A stretch of DNA of 35,234 nt. It comes from Methanocellales archaeon. GTDB taxonomy: Archaea; Halobacteriota; JAWCLZ01. Below the pieces are notes generated by a model that saw only the letters and a list, made by a program, of their open reading frames with translations, ran no database searches and was not told the origin of the DNA. The position numbers and the translations under genes were made by a program. The stretch is taken from positions 1 to 35,234 of the forward strand of contig JAWCMA010000013.1 of NCBI GenBank assembly GCA_038850285.1, given 5' to 3'. Below, one piece after another: positions 1-8,226 of this stretch. How positions within the stretch are numbered: the first letter of the stretch is position 1; every line of letters begins with the position of its first letter.

Positions 1-337
1 CAGACTCAGCAATAACCTTCCTCAAAGCTGCAAGAGCATCCTCAGCCCTAGAACGATGATACTTAACCTCTAACTCTAAATTAAACTCCCTAGGAGTAAT
101 AGCTGGCTTCTCCACTATTTTCTCCCGCTGCTCGCTAAGTGCTTTTTCAAGTCTCGCAATCTCGCCTTCATATTTTGCCTTTAGCTCTGCAATTTCACTT
201 TCTCTACTTTTATATCCCCATTCAATGGCATCGTGAAGATATTTCTCTCTCGTTGCCTTCCCGGATAAAAACCCTGGTGCACCAACTTCAGCTAGGAATC
301 TTTTAAATAAATCCTCAACTCCCTCTTTTACCCCCAT
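1..337 (-). CDS. Hypothetical protein, partial (runs off the left edge), with a coiled-coil-like segment
   Basis: Manual translation from the ATG at 337: MGVKEGVEDLFKRFLAEVGAPGFLSGKATREKYLHDAIEWGYKSRESEIAELKAKYEGEIARLEKALSEQREK..., open for 112 codons to the window edge. SD-like GAGGTGA upstream and a TATA-like TTTAAATA at 372-379. Not in the ORF track. Confidence 0.75.
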   Translation of the reverse strand, partial: MGVKEGVEDLFKRFLAEVGAPGFLSGKATREKYLHDAIEWGYKSRESEIAELKAKYEGEIARLEKALSEQREKIVEKPAITPREFNLELEVKYHRSRAEDALAALRKVIAES

Positions 338-388
338 TTTTATCACCTCTCTTTGTGATTCAGCTTTTAGGTATTTAAATGTTGATGC

Positions 389-412
389 TGCATTAATGGA
401 TGCATTAATGGA
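389..412. repeat. 12-bp tandem duplication (TGCATTAATGGA x2) over the ERCC4 gene stop codon
   Basis: 389-400 and 401-412 are identical; the core CATTAATG is palindromic. Confidence 0.9.
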
Positions 413-1082
413 ATACCTCATAGATCTTAGCAGCCCTTGCTTTACCTATTCCTTTGACTCCTTGCAATTCCTCTATCGAGGCCCTTGCTATTTTCTCAAG
501 CGAGCCGAAGTGTGCAAGTAAATTTCTAGCCATTACCTCGCCAATGAGGGGAATTGCTGCTAGTGCAATTACCCTGCTGTCCTTCACAGGCAAATTTACA
601 GCTTCACGATGGTACCACCTTGCTTTCGGCGATTGCTCATTTTTACCTTGCAATTCCCGCTTGATCAAGATCTTAAATAGAGCTTTCAATGCTTCATCGT
701 TTTCTGCGAGCAATACAGGTGTATTGTATACGAAGAGCACTTCGAGTAATGCTCCCATTATACTTGCCCATAATTTGCTATCCTCATAGTAATCTTGAAC
801 ATATTCCTCGAATTTACCCTCAAGTACCAGCAAGCAGCGCTTGATTTTGCACCCAGAAATTTCAATGCAGCTTGATAAACGCAGGAGCTGCTCCCAGAGG
901 CGGTTGTTTCTCAGAGATGCCACGAAGTCAGCTATTGTTTTCCGCTCAACTAAAATCAATTCGCCATCTTTCACAATCCAGAGATCACCTGCAGGCAGCA
1001 GCTTGATTTCAAATTCAACGTGGCATTCGCTCACTAGTCGAGCAATTTTTTCCGGCTCTCTATGATCTATCAATATTTTCAT
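405..1082 (-). CDS. Stand-alone ERCC4/XPF-family structure-specific endonuclease with C-terminal HhH motifs
   Basis: IDHRE, AGDLWI and VERKTIADFVASL (GDxnERKxxxD nuclease motif); HhH motifs IPLIGEVMARNLLAHFGS and VKGIGKARA. ATG at 1082. Confidence 0.9.
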   Translation of the reverse strand: MKILIDHREPEKIARLVSECHVEFEIKLLPAGDLWIVKDGELILVERKTIADFVASLRNNRLWEQLLRLSSCIEISGCKIKRCLLVLEGKFEEYVQDYYEDSKLWASIMGALLEVLFVYNTPVLLAENDEALKALFKILIKRELQGKNEQSPKARWYHREAVNLPVKDSRVIALAAIPLIGEVMARNLLAHFGSLEKIARASIEELQGVKGIGKARAAKIYEVFH

Positions 1083-1115
1083 CAACTTGCTAATATCCCA
1101 TAGCTAGGAAAAGAA

Positions 1116-1131
1116 TTTTTTGATCAAAAAA
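1116..1131. promoter_or_regulatory. Perfect 16-bp palindrome TTTTTTGATCAAAAAA in the divergent ERCC4/UDG intergenic region
   Basis: Read directly; a regulatory role is inferred from position only. Confidence 0.4.
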
Positions 1132-1144
1132 GTAAAGGCTAACT

Positions 1145-1696
1145 ATGGCTGTTGAAAGAATACTTAAACTCCTGGAAGCAGAGGTTTTAAGCTGCAGCAA
1201 ATGCGATTTGCATAAATCTAGAACCCAAGCAGTTTTCAGCAGAGGGGTTTTAAATCCCAGAATTCTCTTCATCGGTGAAGCCCCTGGGTATGAAGAAGAT
1301 CTCTTGGGGAAGCCCTTCGTTGGCAGATCTGGAAAGCTGCTTGATCAATGGATTGCTTATCTAAACATAGCTAGCTATGCAATTACCAACGTGGTAAAAT
1401 GCAGGCCCCCTAGAAATAGAGCTCCATCTAAAGCTGAGGTTGAAGCCTGCAAGCCCTATCTACTGCAGCAGCTAGCACTTTATAAGCCCAAGCTAATTGT
1501 GCTCTTGGGAAAAGTGGCAGTTGAAGCACTGCTTGGCAAGCGCAAGTTAAGTGGAGTTTTAGGAAAGTGTTTGGAAACTGAATATGGAAAAGTTACCGCG
1601 CTTTATCATCCCTCTTATTGCTTGAGATTCAATGTAGATGTGAAGAAATACCTCGATGCTATTAAGTTAATGGCAAGCTATGATAAATGCTCATAA
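1145..1696 (+). CDS. udg: Family 4 uracil-DNA glycosylase ([4Fe-4S])
   Basis: CSKCDL, IGEAPG, GKPFVGRSG, NVVKCRPP, ACKPYL and YHPS motifs. Confidence 0.93.
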   Translation: MAVERILKLLEAEVLSCSKCDLHKSRTQAVFSRGVLNPRILFIGEAPGYEEDLLGKPFVGRSGKLLDQWIAYLNIASYAITNVVKCRPPRNRAPSKAEVEACKPYLLQQLALYKPKLIVLLGKVAVEALLGKRKLSGVLGKCLETEYGKVTALYHPSYCLRFNVDVKKYLDAIKLMASYDKCS

Positions 1697-2570
1697 TCGC
1701 GGTGTAGCAGTTAAGGAGATTCTGCTCCCTTGGCGGCATTTCAACTCTATGTATGGCTTGCTCAACCTCTTGAAATCTCCCTGTAACAGTGCTATTGAGC
1801 TGCTTCAAAACCGCGGTTTTTTTCGGCTCAAAGGTATCTTTTATTTTATCTCTTTCTATATAATTGGGGGGAAGTGCAACTGCAAACGCTAGATCGATTG
1901 CAACTTCAAATGAAGCTAGGGGATCGCGATATTTCTCCATGCCGCTTGCTTTAACATTTTCATATATCCTCTCGAGCTTTTTTTCCCTCATGGAGAAAAT
2001 ATAATTGGAGAAGCCTTTTTCAACAGCTATATAGCTTGCGGATAAATCCCCTAAATAGTGCCTTATTTTCTCAACGAAAGTTCTATCAATATGGGTTCTA
2101 ACAAATAACTCTTTAGCTCTATCGCTAGCGTTGAATTCAGCTTGAAAATAGCTTCTCCTATAGGCTTCATAGTGCAGTAACTCCTCGAGGAAAGTTTCCT
2201 CGCATCCCTCAATCTCTATATTAATTGCAATCTGCGATTTCTCACCGCCTCTACCAGGACGGAAGCAACCGTGGATATGCGAGGCAAACTCAGTTACATA
2301 GCGCTCTTGAAGTACTTCTATTTTCCTTCGCGCCTCATCATCCACTCTTAGCTTTATCAGCTCAAGAGCTTGCCAGAATTTAAGGCGCGAAAGATCCGCT
2401 TTTATGTATTCTTTGAATTCCTCTCCATTTAAAAGTTTAACCACTAGCGGGCGGTCTTCGCTGGGCTTTACCCGCTCTAGATATCTTTCCGCTTTTTTAA
2501 AAAAATCTTCACTGGGCAAGGATCCAGAGAATTCAACTGCGCCAAGCTTTCTACTAACCTTCAGCTTCAT
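1662..2570 (-). CDS. Hypothetical protein, possible zincin-like metalloprotein (EELLH)
   Basis: 302-aa ORF with an ATG start; a beta-like stretch (QIAINIE) precedes helix TFLEELLHYEAY. The CDS is well supported; the function is tentative. Confidence 0.65.
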   Translation of the reverse strand: MKLKVSRKLGAVEFSGSLPSEDFFKKAERYLERVKPSEDRPLVVKLLNGEEFKEYIKADLSRLKFWQALELIKLRVDDEARRKIEVLQERYVTEFASHIHGCFRPGRGGEKSQIAINIEIEGCEETFLEELLHYEAYRRSYFQAEFNASDRAKELFVRTHIDRTFVEKIRHYLGDLSASYIAVEKGFSNYIFSMREKKLERIYENVKASGMEKYRDPLASFEVAIDLAFAVALPPNYIERDKIKDTFEPKKTAVLKQLNSTVTGRFQEVEQAIHRVEMPPREQNLLNCYTAIMSIYHSLPLT

Positions 2571-2593
2571 CTAACTTTCATATGCTGATCAAT

Positions 2594-2716
2594 GTTTTTC
2601 AATTAATCGCTTTTGGTTTTTCGCTTTCCCTTTCCCTTTTTCCATTTCCCTTTCCCATTTCCCATTTTCCTTTTTCCTATTCCCTTTATCCTTTTCCCTT
2701 TTTCGTTTTTCAATTA
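2594..2716. repeat. Degenerate (TTTCCC)n polypyrimidine tract flanked by 12-bp direct repeats GTTTTTCAATTA
   Basis: 2624-2704 has no G and only five A on the + strand, with seven CCC runs. Identical 12-mers at 2594-2605 and 2705-2716. Confidence 0.85.
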
Positions 2717-2763
2717 TCTCCGCTAGTCTTATATGCAAATTGCTTGCTAATTTATTCAAAGAT

Positions 2764-3528
2764 ATGGACTTAAGGATTAAGAAATTTGAAGCTGTGAAGA
2801 TCAATAGATCACTAAAGTCAAGCAAGATCTTGAGCAGCACAGCTGTTGAAGCTTCCATCGCCCTTTATGTAAATGGCACTCGCATCGCATCAATAATGGC
2901 CACACCCAATATGATAAAAGAACTCGCCCTAGGGTATTTAATCTGCGAGGGAGTAATTTCAAAATTGGAGGAAATCGAGGATGTTGAAGTTGATCAAGAA
3001 AAACTAGAGGTGCAAGTTAAACTTAAAGATGATGGGCATTTTCAAATCTGGAATGAATTAAGATCCTCAGGCTGCATAGGAGTTGCTTGGGATCAGGAGG
3101 AGAATGTTAAGGTCTGCTCTAATTTGAAATTAAAAGCAAGTGTAATTCGCAATAGCCTGAAGCACCTTGAGAGTGAAGTTTACAGTGAAACTAGAGGAGT
3201 GCATTCCGCGAGTTTGATAGATGCAAATGGCCGGTTAATCGCTAAAGCTATCGATGTAGGCCGGCATAATGCAGTGGACAAGGTAGTTGGCAGAGCATTG
3301 CTTGAGAAAATAGAACTTTCGCAGCTTTTCTTGCTCTCAACAGGCAGGCAGTCCGCTGGAATGGTTATGAAGGCTGCAAGAGCGGGTATTCCTTTAATTG
3401 TCACCAAAGCAGCTCCTTTGAGTTCAGGGGTTGAAGCCGCTGAGAAAACAGGAGTTTGCTTGATAGCATTCGCGGATAAAGATAGCATGGTTGTCTACTC
3501 GCATTTGAATAGAATTGAAAAGGGCTAA
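2764..3528 (+). CDS. fdhD: Formate dehydrogenase accessory sulfurtransferase FdhD
   Basis: ELALGYLICEG, SSGC, TRGVHSA, DVGRHNAVDKVVG, STGR, MVMKAARAGIP. ATG at 2764 preferred over the upstream TTG. Confidence 0.92.
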   Translation: MDLRIKKFEAVKINRSLKSSKILSSTAVEASIALYVNGTRIASIMATPNMIKELALGYLICEGVISKLEEIEDVEVDQEKLEVQVKLKDDGHFQIWNELRSSGCIGVAWDQEENVKVCSNLKLKASVIRNSLKHLESEVYSETRGVHSASLIDANGRLIAKAIDVGRHNAVDKVVGRALLEKIELSQLFLLSTGRQSAGMVMKAARAGIPLIVTKAAPLSSGVEAAEKTGVCLIAFADKDSMVVYSHLNRIEKG

Positions 3529-3531
3529 ATT

Positions 3532-5451
3532 ATGGCGAGGGAATTTCACCGCCTTGCATCGATTCAGGAAGCAATTAAAGCTATTTCAAGCTTTAAAGTT
3601 GAGGTAAAAGTTGAAGAAGTCTCAATAGAGGCTTTAGCAGGTAGAGTCTTAGCTGAAGATGTTTTCTCCAGTATCGATGTACCCGCCTTTGATAGAGCAG
3701 CTATGGATGGATATGCCGTTATAGCTGAGGATACATTTGAAGCTCGAGAAGATAGACCTGTTAAGCTTGCATTAATCGGGAGAATAAGCGCAGGTGAATT
3801 ACCTAGAGTTGAAGTAACCCGCGGCACCGCGGTTGAAATTTCCACTGGCGCGGTTATTCCGAAGGGTGCTAATGCGGTGGTAATGGTGGAATACGCTATC
3901 TCAAGGAAAAAGGAAGTGGGGATTAAAAAAGCAGTTTCCCCATTTGAAAACATCATGAGCGCTGGAAGCGATATGATGAGCGGCGAGCTCGTGCTTAGAA
4001 AGGGCACAAAGTTCGGGAGCAGGGAAGTTGGGGTTTTAGCTGCTATTGGCGCAGCAAAAGCAAAGGTTTATAAACAACCCATAGCGGGGATAATTTCCAC
4101 TGGCAACGAGCTTGCTTCACCAGGGGAAAAGCTGGAGCTGGGCAAAATCTATGATTCAAATTCCTATGCCATTGGAGCTGCGGTGCAAGAATGCGGTGGT
4201 TTACCTAGATATTTTGGAATCGCCCGTGACAATATTGGCGAGATTAGAAAAATACTCGCAAGAGCTTCACAGGAATGTGATATTATCCTAGCAAGTGGCA
4301 GCACTTCCGCTGGCTCTGGAGATGTGATGTATAAAATTATTGAGAAAGAGGGTAAGATTTTAATCCATGGAATTAATGTAAAACCAGGTAAACCAACGAT
4401 AATTGGAATATACCGAGGCAAACCATTTCTTGGCCTTCCTGGATACCCCGCTTCCTGTTTAACTATATTCGAACTCCTCGCTGCACCTTTGATTAAAAAA
4501 ATGGCTGGAATAGTTAGTTCTAGAAAAGCAAGTGTAAAGGCGAAACTCGCAGTTGAGGTGAAGTCAGATCATAAGCGCCGACTAGTTCCAGTGGGCGTGG
4601 TGAGAGAGCTTGTTTATCCAGTTGATAAAGGATCAGGCGCGATTACCTCGCTTTCAGAAGCAGATGGATATATTGAAATCCAAGAGGATATGGAATATCT
4701 AGCTCCCGGTGAAGAAGTTGAAGTTAAACTCTTCAGCAGTGTTTCCCCTCCTGATTTGCTTTTCATAGGCAGCCACTGCGCTGGCGTGGATATCCTCTCA
4801 AAGCTGCTGAGGGAAAGAGGGATTTCTATGAGGATCATAAACACAGGTTCAACGGGCGGTTTTACCTCGATGAGGAGGCATATTGCTGATCTAGCTGGAG
4901 TGCATTTATTTCATGAAAAAGGGGTATATAATCTGCCATTCATCCAGGAATTCAAACTCAAGGATGTAGTGCTGGTTAAGGGCTACCTTCGCGAGCAGGG
5001 ATTGATTTCGAAGTTTAAGATCCAGGGATTTGAGGATATAATTGAAAAAAACCTAGCTATAATTAATCGCAACCGGGGATCTGGAACTAGAGTGCTTTTG
5101 GATCACCTTCTTAGAAGATATGCAGCTGAGCACGAACTAGACTTCAAGGAGCTTTGCAGGCAAATAAAGGGATATAATTTAGAAGTTAAAACCCATTCAG
5201 CGGTTGCATCAGCAATATCCCTAGGCAAGGCAGATGTTGGCTTAGCAATTAAACCAGTTGCAGTTTTAAATAAATTGCATTTTTTAAAGCTCTGGGAAGA
5301 GGAATATGATTTTCTAATTCCAAAGGAGAGGTTGAATTGCAGGGAAATTGAGCTTTTCTTAGAACTTCTTAAATCCAGGGAATTCGCAGAGCAACTTCCA
5401 GCAGGCCTGAAAACGCATAAAAGCACAGGGAAAGTGATCAACCTTGAATAG
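3532..5451 (+). CDS. moeA: Molybdopterin Mo/W-insertase MoeA fused to a C-terminal PBP (LysR substrate-binding-like) domain
   Basis: FDRAAMDGYAV, ISTGNEL, SGSTSAG, KPGKPT, GLPGYP; C-terminal IGSHC, GSTGG, GYLREQG, INRNRGSGTR, EEYDF. Confidence 0.93.
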   Translation: MAREFHRLASIQEAIKAISSFKVEVKVEEVSIEALAGRVLAEDVFSSIDVPAFDRAAMDGYAVIAEDTFEAREDRPVKLALIGRISAGELPRVEVTRGTAVEISTGAVIPKGANAVVMVEYAISRKKEVGIKKAVSPFENIMSAGSDMMSGELVLRKGTKFGSREVGVLAAIGAAKAKVYKQPIAGIISTGNELASPGEKLELGKIYDSNSYAIGAAVQECGGLPRYFGIARDNIGEIRKILARASQECDIILASGSTSAGSGDVMYKIIEKEGKILIHGINVKPGKPTIIGIYRGKPFLGLPGYPASCLTIFELLAAPLIKKMAGIVSSRKASVKAKLAVEVKSDHKRRLVPVGVVRELVYPVDKGSGAITSLSEADGYIEIQEDMEYLAPGEEVEVKLFSSVSPPDLLFIGSHCAGVDILSKLLRERGISMRIINTGSTGGFTSMRRHIADLAGVHLFHEKGVYNLPFIQEFKLKDVVLVKGYLREQGLISKFKIQGFEDIIEKNLAIINRNRGSGTRVLLDHLLRRYAAEHELDFKELCRQIKGYNLEVKTHSAVASAISLGKADVGLAIKPVAVLNKLHFLKLWEEEYDFLIPKERLNCREIELFLELLKSREFAEQLPAGLKTHKSTGKVINLE

Positions 5452-6628
5452 ATTCAAAAAGCTAACAAGCAGTGCCGAGGCTTTAAAACAATTCCTGAGG
5501 AAAATAAAGCCCATTGCTAGAACTGAGGAGATCTCCATGGAAAATGCAATGGATAGAGTACTTGCTGGAGCTATAATTTCTAAATTGAATGTACCTCACT
5601 ATCCACGTGCTGCAATGGATGGATTTGCAGTTAAAGCCCAAGATACCTATGGCGCGAGTGAAAGTTCCCCCGTGGTGCTCAAGATAGCTGAGGGAGAGCT
5701 AAAGCAAGGAGAATGCACTAGAGTGCACACTGGCTCAGCAATGCCTAAGGGCAGCGATGCAGTTGTTATGATTGAATATATAAATGTGCTGGAGGATTCA
5801 GCTGAGGTTTATAAGCAAGTTTATCCCGGTGAAAATGTAGGTGAAATCGGGGAGGATGTGAAAAAAGGAGAACTCCTATTTAAAGCCGGGCATATGCTTA
5901 GGCCAAGCGATATTGGCTTGCTTGCAGCCCTGGGGGAAAAAAAGATTGCAGTTTATGAGAAGCCAACGGTAGCGATTATACCAACTGGCGAGGAACTCGT
6001 TTCAAATGTTGAAGAACTCAAAGCAGGGGAAATGGTTGAGACAAATGGTTTAATGCTCTCCCTTTTCATCAAAAAATGGGGAGGTGTACCTAGATATCTG
6101 AAATTCATATCAGATGAACCCAGCGAGATAGAGCAAGCAATAAAGAATAACCTAAACTCGGATCTCATCCTCCTCACCGGGGGTACTTCTGTGGGAGTTC
6201 GGGATTATGCAGCGAAAACAGTTCAAAAAATGGGCGAGCTACTGGTGCACGGAATAAAAATGACCCCTGGGAGGCCAACTGCACTGGGCTTTGTGGAGAA
6301 AGTGCCAGTTATATGTCTCCCTGGTTACCCGGTTGCCTGCATAGTAGCAGCTCTAGAGTTTGCATATCCAGCGATTAAGAAAATAGGGCGCATGCCACTT
6401 CTACCTCCCCCGGTGGTCAAAGCCAAGCTTGCAGAAAAGATTGCTTCAAAGCACGGTCATAAAACCTATGCTAGAGTTAAGGTGAAGGGGAGAAAGGCTT
6501 ATCCAGTTATGACTGCTGGCTCAGGAATTTTAAGCTCAATCGCTAAGTCAACTGGCTTCGTTATAATTCCAGAGAACCTCGAGGGATTTGAAGCTGGTAG
6601 AGAGGTTGAGGTTTTAATTCTAGAGTAA
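5444..6628 (+). CDS. moeA: Molybdopterin Mo/W-insertase MoeA (second paralogue)
   Basis: RAAMDGFAV, HTGSAMP, PTGEEL, GGTSVG, PGRPT, LPGYPVA. TTG start overlapping the upstream gene. Confidence 0.93.
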   Translation: MNRFKKLTSSAEALKQFLRKIKPIARTEEISMENAMDRVLAGAIISKLNVPHYPRAAMDGFAVKAQDTYGASESSPVVLKIAEGELKQGECTRVHTGSAMPKGSDAVVMIEYINVLEDSAEVYKQVYPGENVGEIGEDVKKGELLFKAGHMLRPSDIGLLAALGEKKIAVYEKPTVAIIPTGEELVSNVEELKAGEMVETNGLMLSLFIKKWGGVPRYLKFISDEPSEIEQAIKNNLNSDLILLTGGTSVGVRDYAAKTVQKMGELLVHGIKMTPGRPTALGFVEKVPVICLPGYPVACIVAALEFAYPAIKKIGRMPLLPPPVVKAKLAEKIASKHGHKTYARVKVKGRKAYPVMTAGSGILSSIAKSTGFVIIPENLEGFEAGREVEVLILE

Positions 6629-6756
6629 AAAATTAAAACTTAAACTAAAAATTAAAACTAAAACTAAAACTAAAAATTAAAACTAAAACTAAAACTAAAA
6701 ATTAAAACTAAAACTAAAACTAAAAATTAAAACTAAAACTAAAACTAAAAATTAAA
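6628..6756. repeat. Tandem array of a 25-bp unit AAAAATT(AAAACT)3: four perfect copies, a degenerate first copy and a partial last copy
   Basis: Perfect units at 6647-6671, 6672-6696, 6697-6721 and 6722-6746. Fills the gap between the convergent moeA and roadblock stop codons; no spacers. Confidence 0.95.
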
Positions 6757-7117
6757 GCAGTCCTTTGACCTTTTCACTAGCCTTAGCCATTTCAACAAGT
6801 ACAAGTCCAAGGCCTGCTCTTGGAGAAGTCATTACTACAAGCAGTGCCTTAGGGCCTGCGCCTGAGGCGATTACCTTTCCATCTTTACTCTCTATTATCA
6901 CTCGCTCAGGCACCCCTTTTTTAAATTCTGAAGTCGCAGTTTCAGCAGCACCTAGCATTGTCGCGGTCATAGCAGCGAAGGTTTCCGCGTGCACTCCTTT
7001 TGGAATATCGCTTGCAATTAATAGTCCATCTCGACTTACAATCGCACTTGCTTCCACTTCACCGGCGCGTTTTAATTCATGTAAAATTGCCTCCAGCAAT
7101 TCAACTGTTGTTGCCAC
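6752..7117 (-). CDS. Roadblock/LC7 (MglB-like) domain protein
   Basis: VEASAIVSRDGLLIAS, FAAMTATMLGAAETA, RVIIESKDG, LGLVLVEM. Start taken as GTG at 7117, preceded by SD GGAGG. Confidence 0.92.
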   Translation of the reverse strand: MATTVELLEAILHELKRAGEVEASAIVSRDGLLIASDIPKGVHAETFAAMTATMLGAAETATSEFKKGVPERVIIESKDGKVIASGAGPKALLVVMTSPRAGLGLVLVEMAKASEKVKGLL

Positions 7118-7256
7118 GTACTTATCCTCCGTTTTTTTAGCCAAAGCCAGAGTTCATTAAAATAATTATCGCTTGTTATATAAAAAAATATTACTTGATA
7201 ATTAGTTTTATAATATCTTATAATCCATTTTATTTGGATTAGCTTGGATTGGCGAT

Positions 7257-7769
7257 TTACTTGGATATATCAAGTAAAGCAACTCGCTCGAGCAAGAGTT
7301 TTGGAATCTTTTCCTCCCCAACGGCTTCTAGCTCAAGGGGAGTGATGTGGAAGTAATTGATTATTGCTTTCTTCTTCCCCTCGGTGTACTTCAAAACATC
7401 TGCTTCCAAAATTATTTTTTTCAATGTGGCTATTGCACGCTCAACATCTTCTACTTCGTCTCCAACGATCACTGTAACTGCTTCATTTCTACCTTCCTTA
7501 ATTCCCATTTCAAGAGCGCGCTGAATCTGGCGGTTCCCAGCAGCATAGAGTAAAATCTCTACACCTAGGTCTTGAGATATATTTCTCCTGCGCTCCATAG
7601 CTCTAATTGCTTTTTCAACTGCTGCTTTCACGTGTTCTTCACCCGCTATCTTAGCTGCGTCGAAGAACTGAATGGTAACATTGAATTGCTGGGAAATTGC
7701 TTTTATCATTTGCAGAAACTGCTTTAAATTCTCAACTTCAACAATGCAGCCAAAGATTTGATAGTGCAC
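7257..7769 (-). CDS. cgi121: KEOPS complex subunit Cgi121
   Basis: IQFFDA, AVEKAIRA, EILLYAAGNRQIQRALEMGIKEG, LERVALLDI. Confidence 0.9.
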   Translation of the reverse strand: MHYQIFGCIVEVENLKQFLQMIKAISQQFNVTIQFFDAAKIAGEEHVKAAVEKAIRAMERRRNISQDLGVEILLYAAGNRQIQRALEMGIKEGRNEAVTVIVGDEVEDVERAIATLKKIILEADVLKYTEGKKKAIINYFHITPLELEAVGEEKIPKLLLERVALLDISK

Positions 7770-7770
7770 C

Positions 7771-8226
7771 TTACTTTACCACCATCCTCAATAGCTTGTA
7801 ATCGCAGAGCTCCGCCTCTAAATATACTTCCACCTTTAGCTCATAGTCCCCAGCGGTGCTGAATCCACTTACTTCTTTTGGTATAGATATGCTTGCAGTT
7901 AAGGCAGTGCTATTACTGGGCTTTAAATCCAGGTCTTTATATTCCACTGGAAACTTAGTTTGAGCTTTCTCCCCAGCCCACCAGTAGTTGAGGTTTTTAG
8001 CACTCACCCATATCGTTAAATTGGGGATTGTACCATTGCCGATGTTTTGCACTACTACGGTGCCAATAACGGTATCTCCGGGGACATAGCTAGGCTTATC
8101 CGTGGTTATATTCAATATCCTTACATTCTTGGCTTCAAATGGCTTAGTCTTAGCCTTAAACATATCAAGGCAGCCGCTGGCAGCGATTAAAAGCAAGAGG
8201 AGAAGCAGTGCAGTTTGAAGCTTCGT
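7771..8226 (-). CDS. Predicted lipoprotein with an Ig-like beta-sandwich domain; apparent ACG start
   Basis: After an in-frame TAA, the frame reads ACG-K-L-Q-T-A-L7-I-A-A-S-G-C (signal peptide plus lipobox). The mature part TDKPSYVPGDTVIGTVVVQNIGN...AGDYELKVEV is Ig/CARDB-like. The ORF track starts at TTG 8196. Confidence 0.75.
   Translation of the reverse strand, partial: TKLQTALLLLLLLIAASGCLDMFKAKTKPFEAKNVRILNITTDKPSYVPGDTVIGTVVVQNIGNGTIPNLTIWVSAKNLNYWWAGEKAQTKFPVEYKDLDLKPSNSTALTASISIPKEVSGFSTAGDYELKVEVYLEAELCDYKLLRMVVK

Noticed and set aside
2582-2858. ORFs 2582-2773 (+, F/P-rich) and 2589-2858 (-, K/E/G-rich)
   Set aside because: Their composition is simply the translation of the pyrimidine tract, and both overlap the fdhD start.
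6628-6756. 25-bp array as a CRISPR array
   Set aside because: The units are directly adjacent with no unique spacers, and no cas genes are present.
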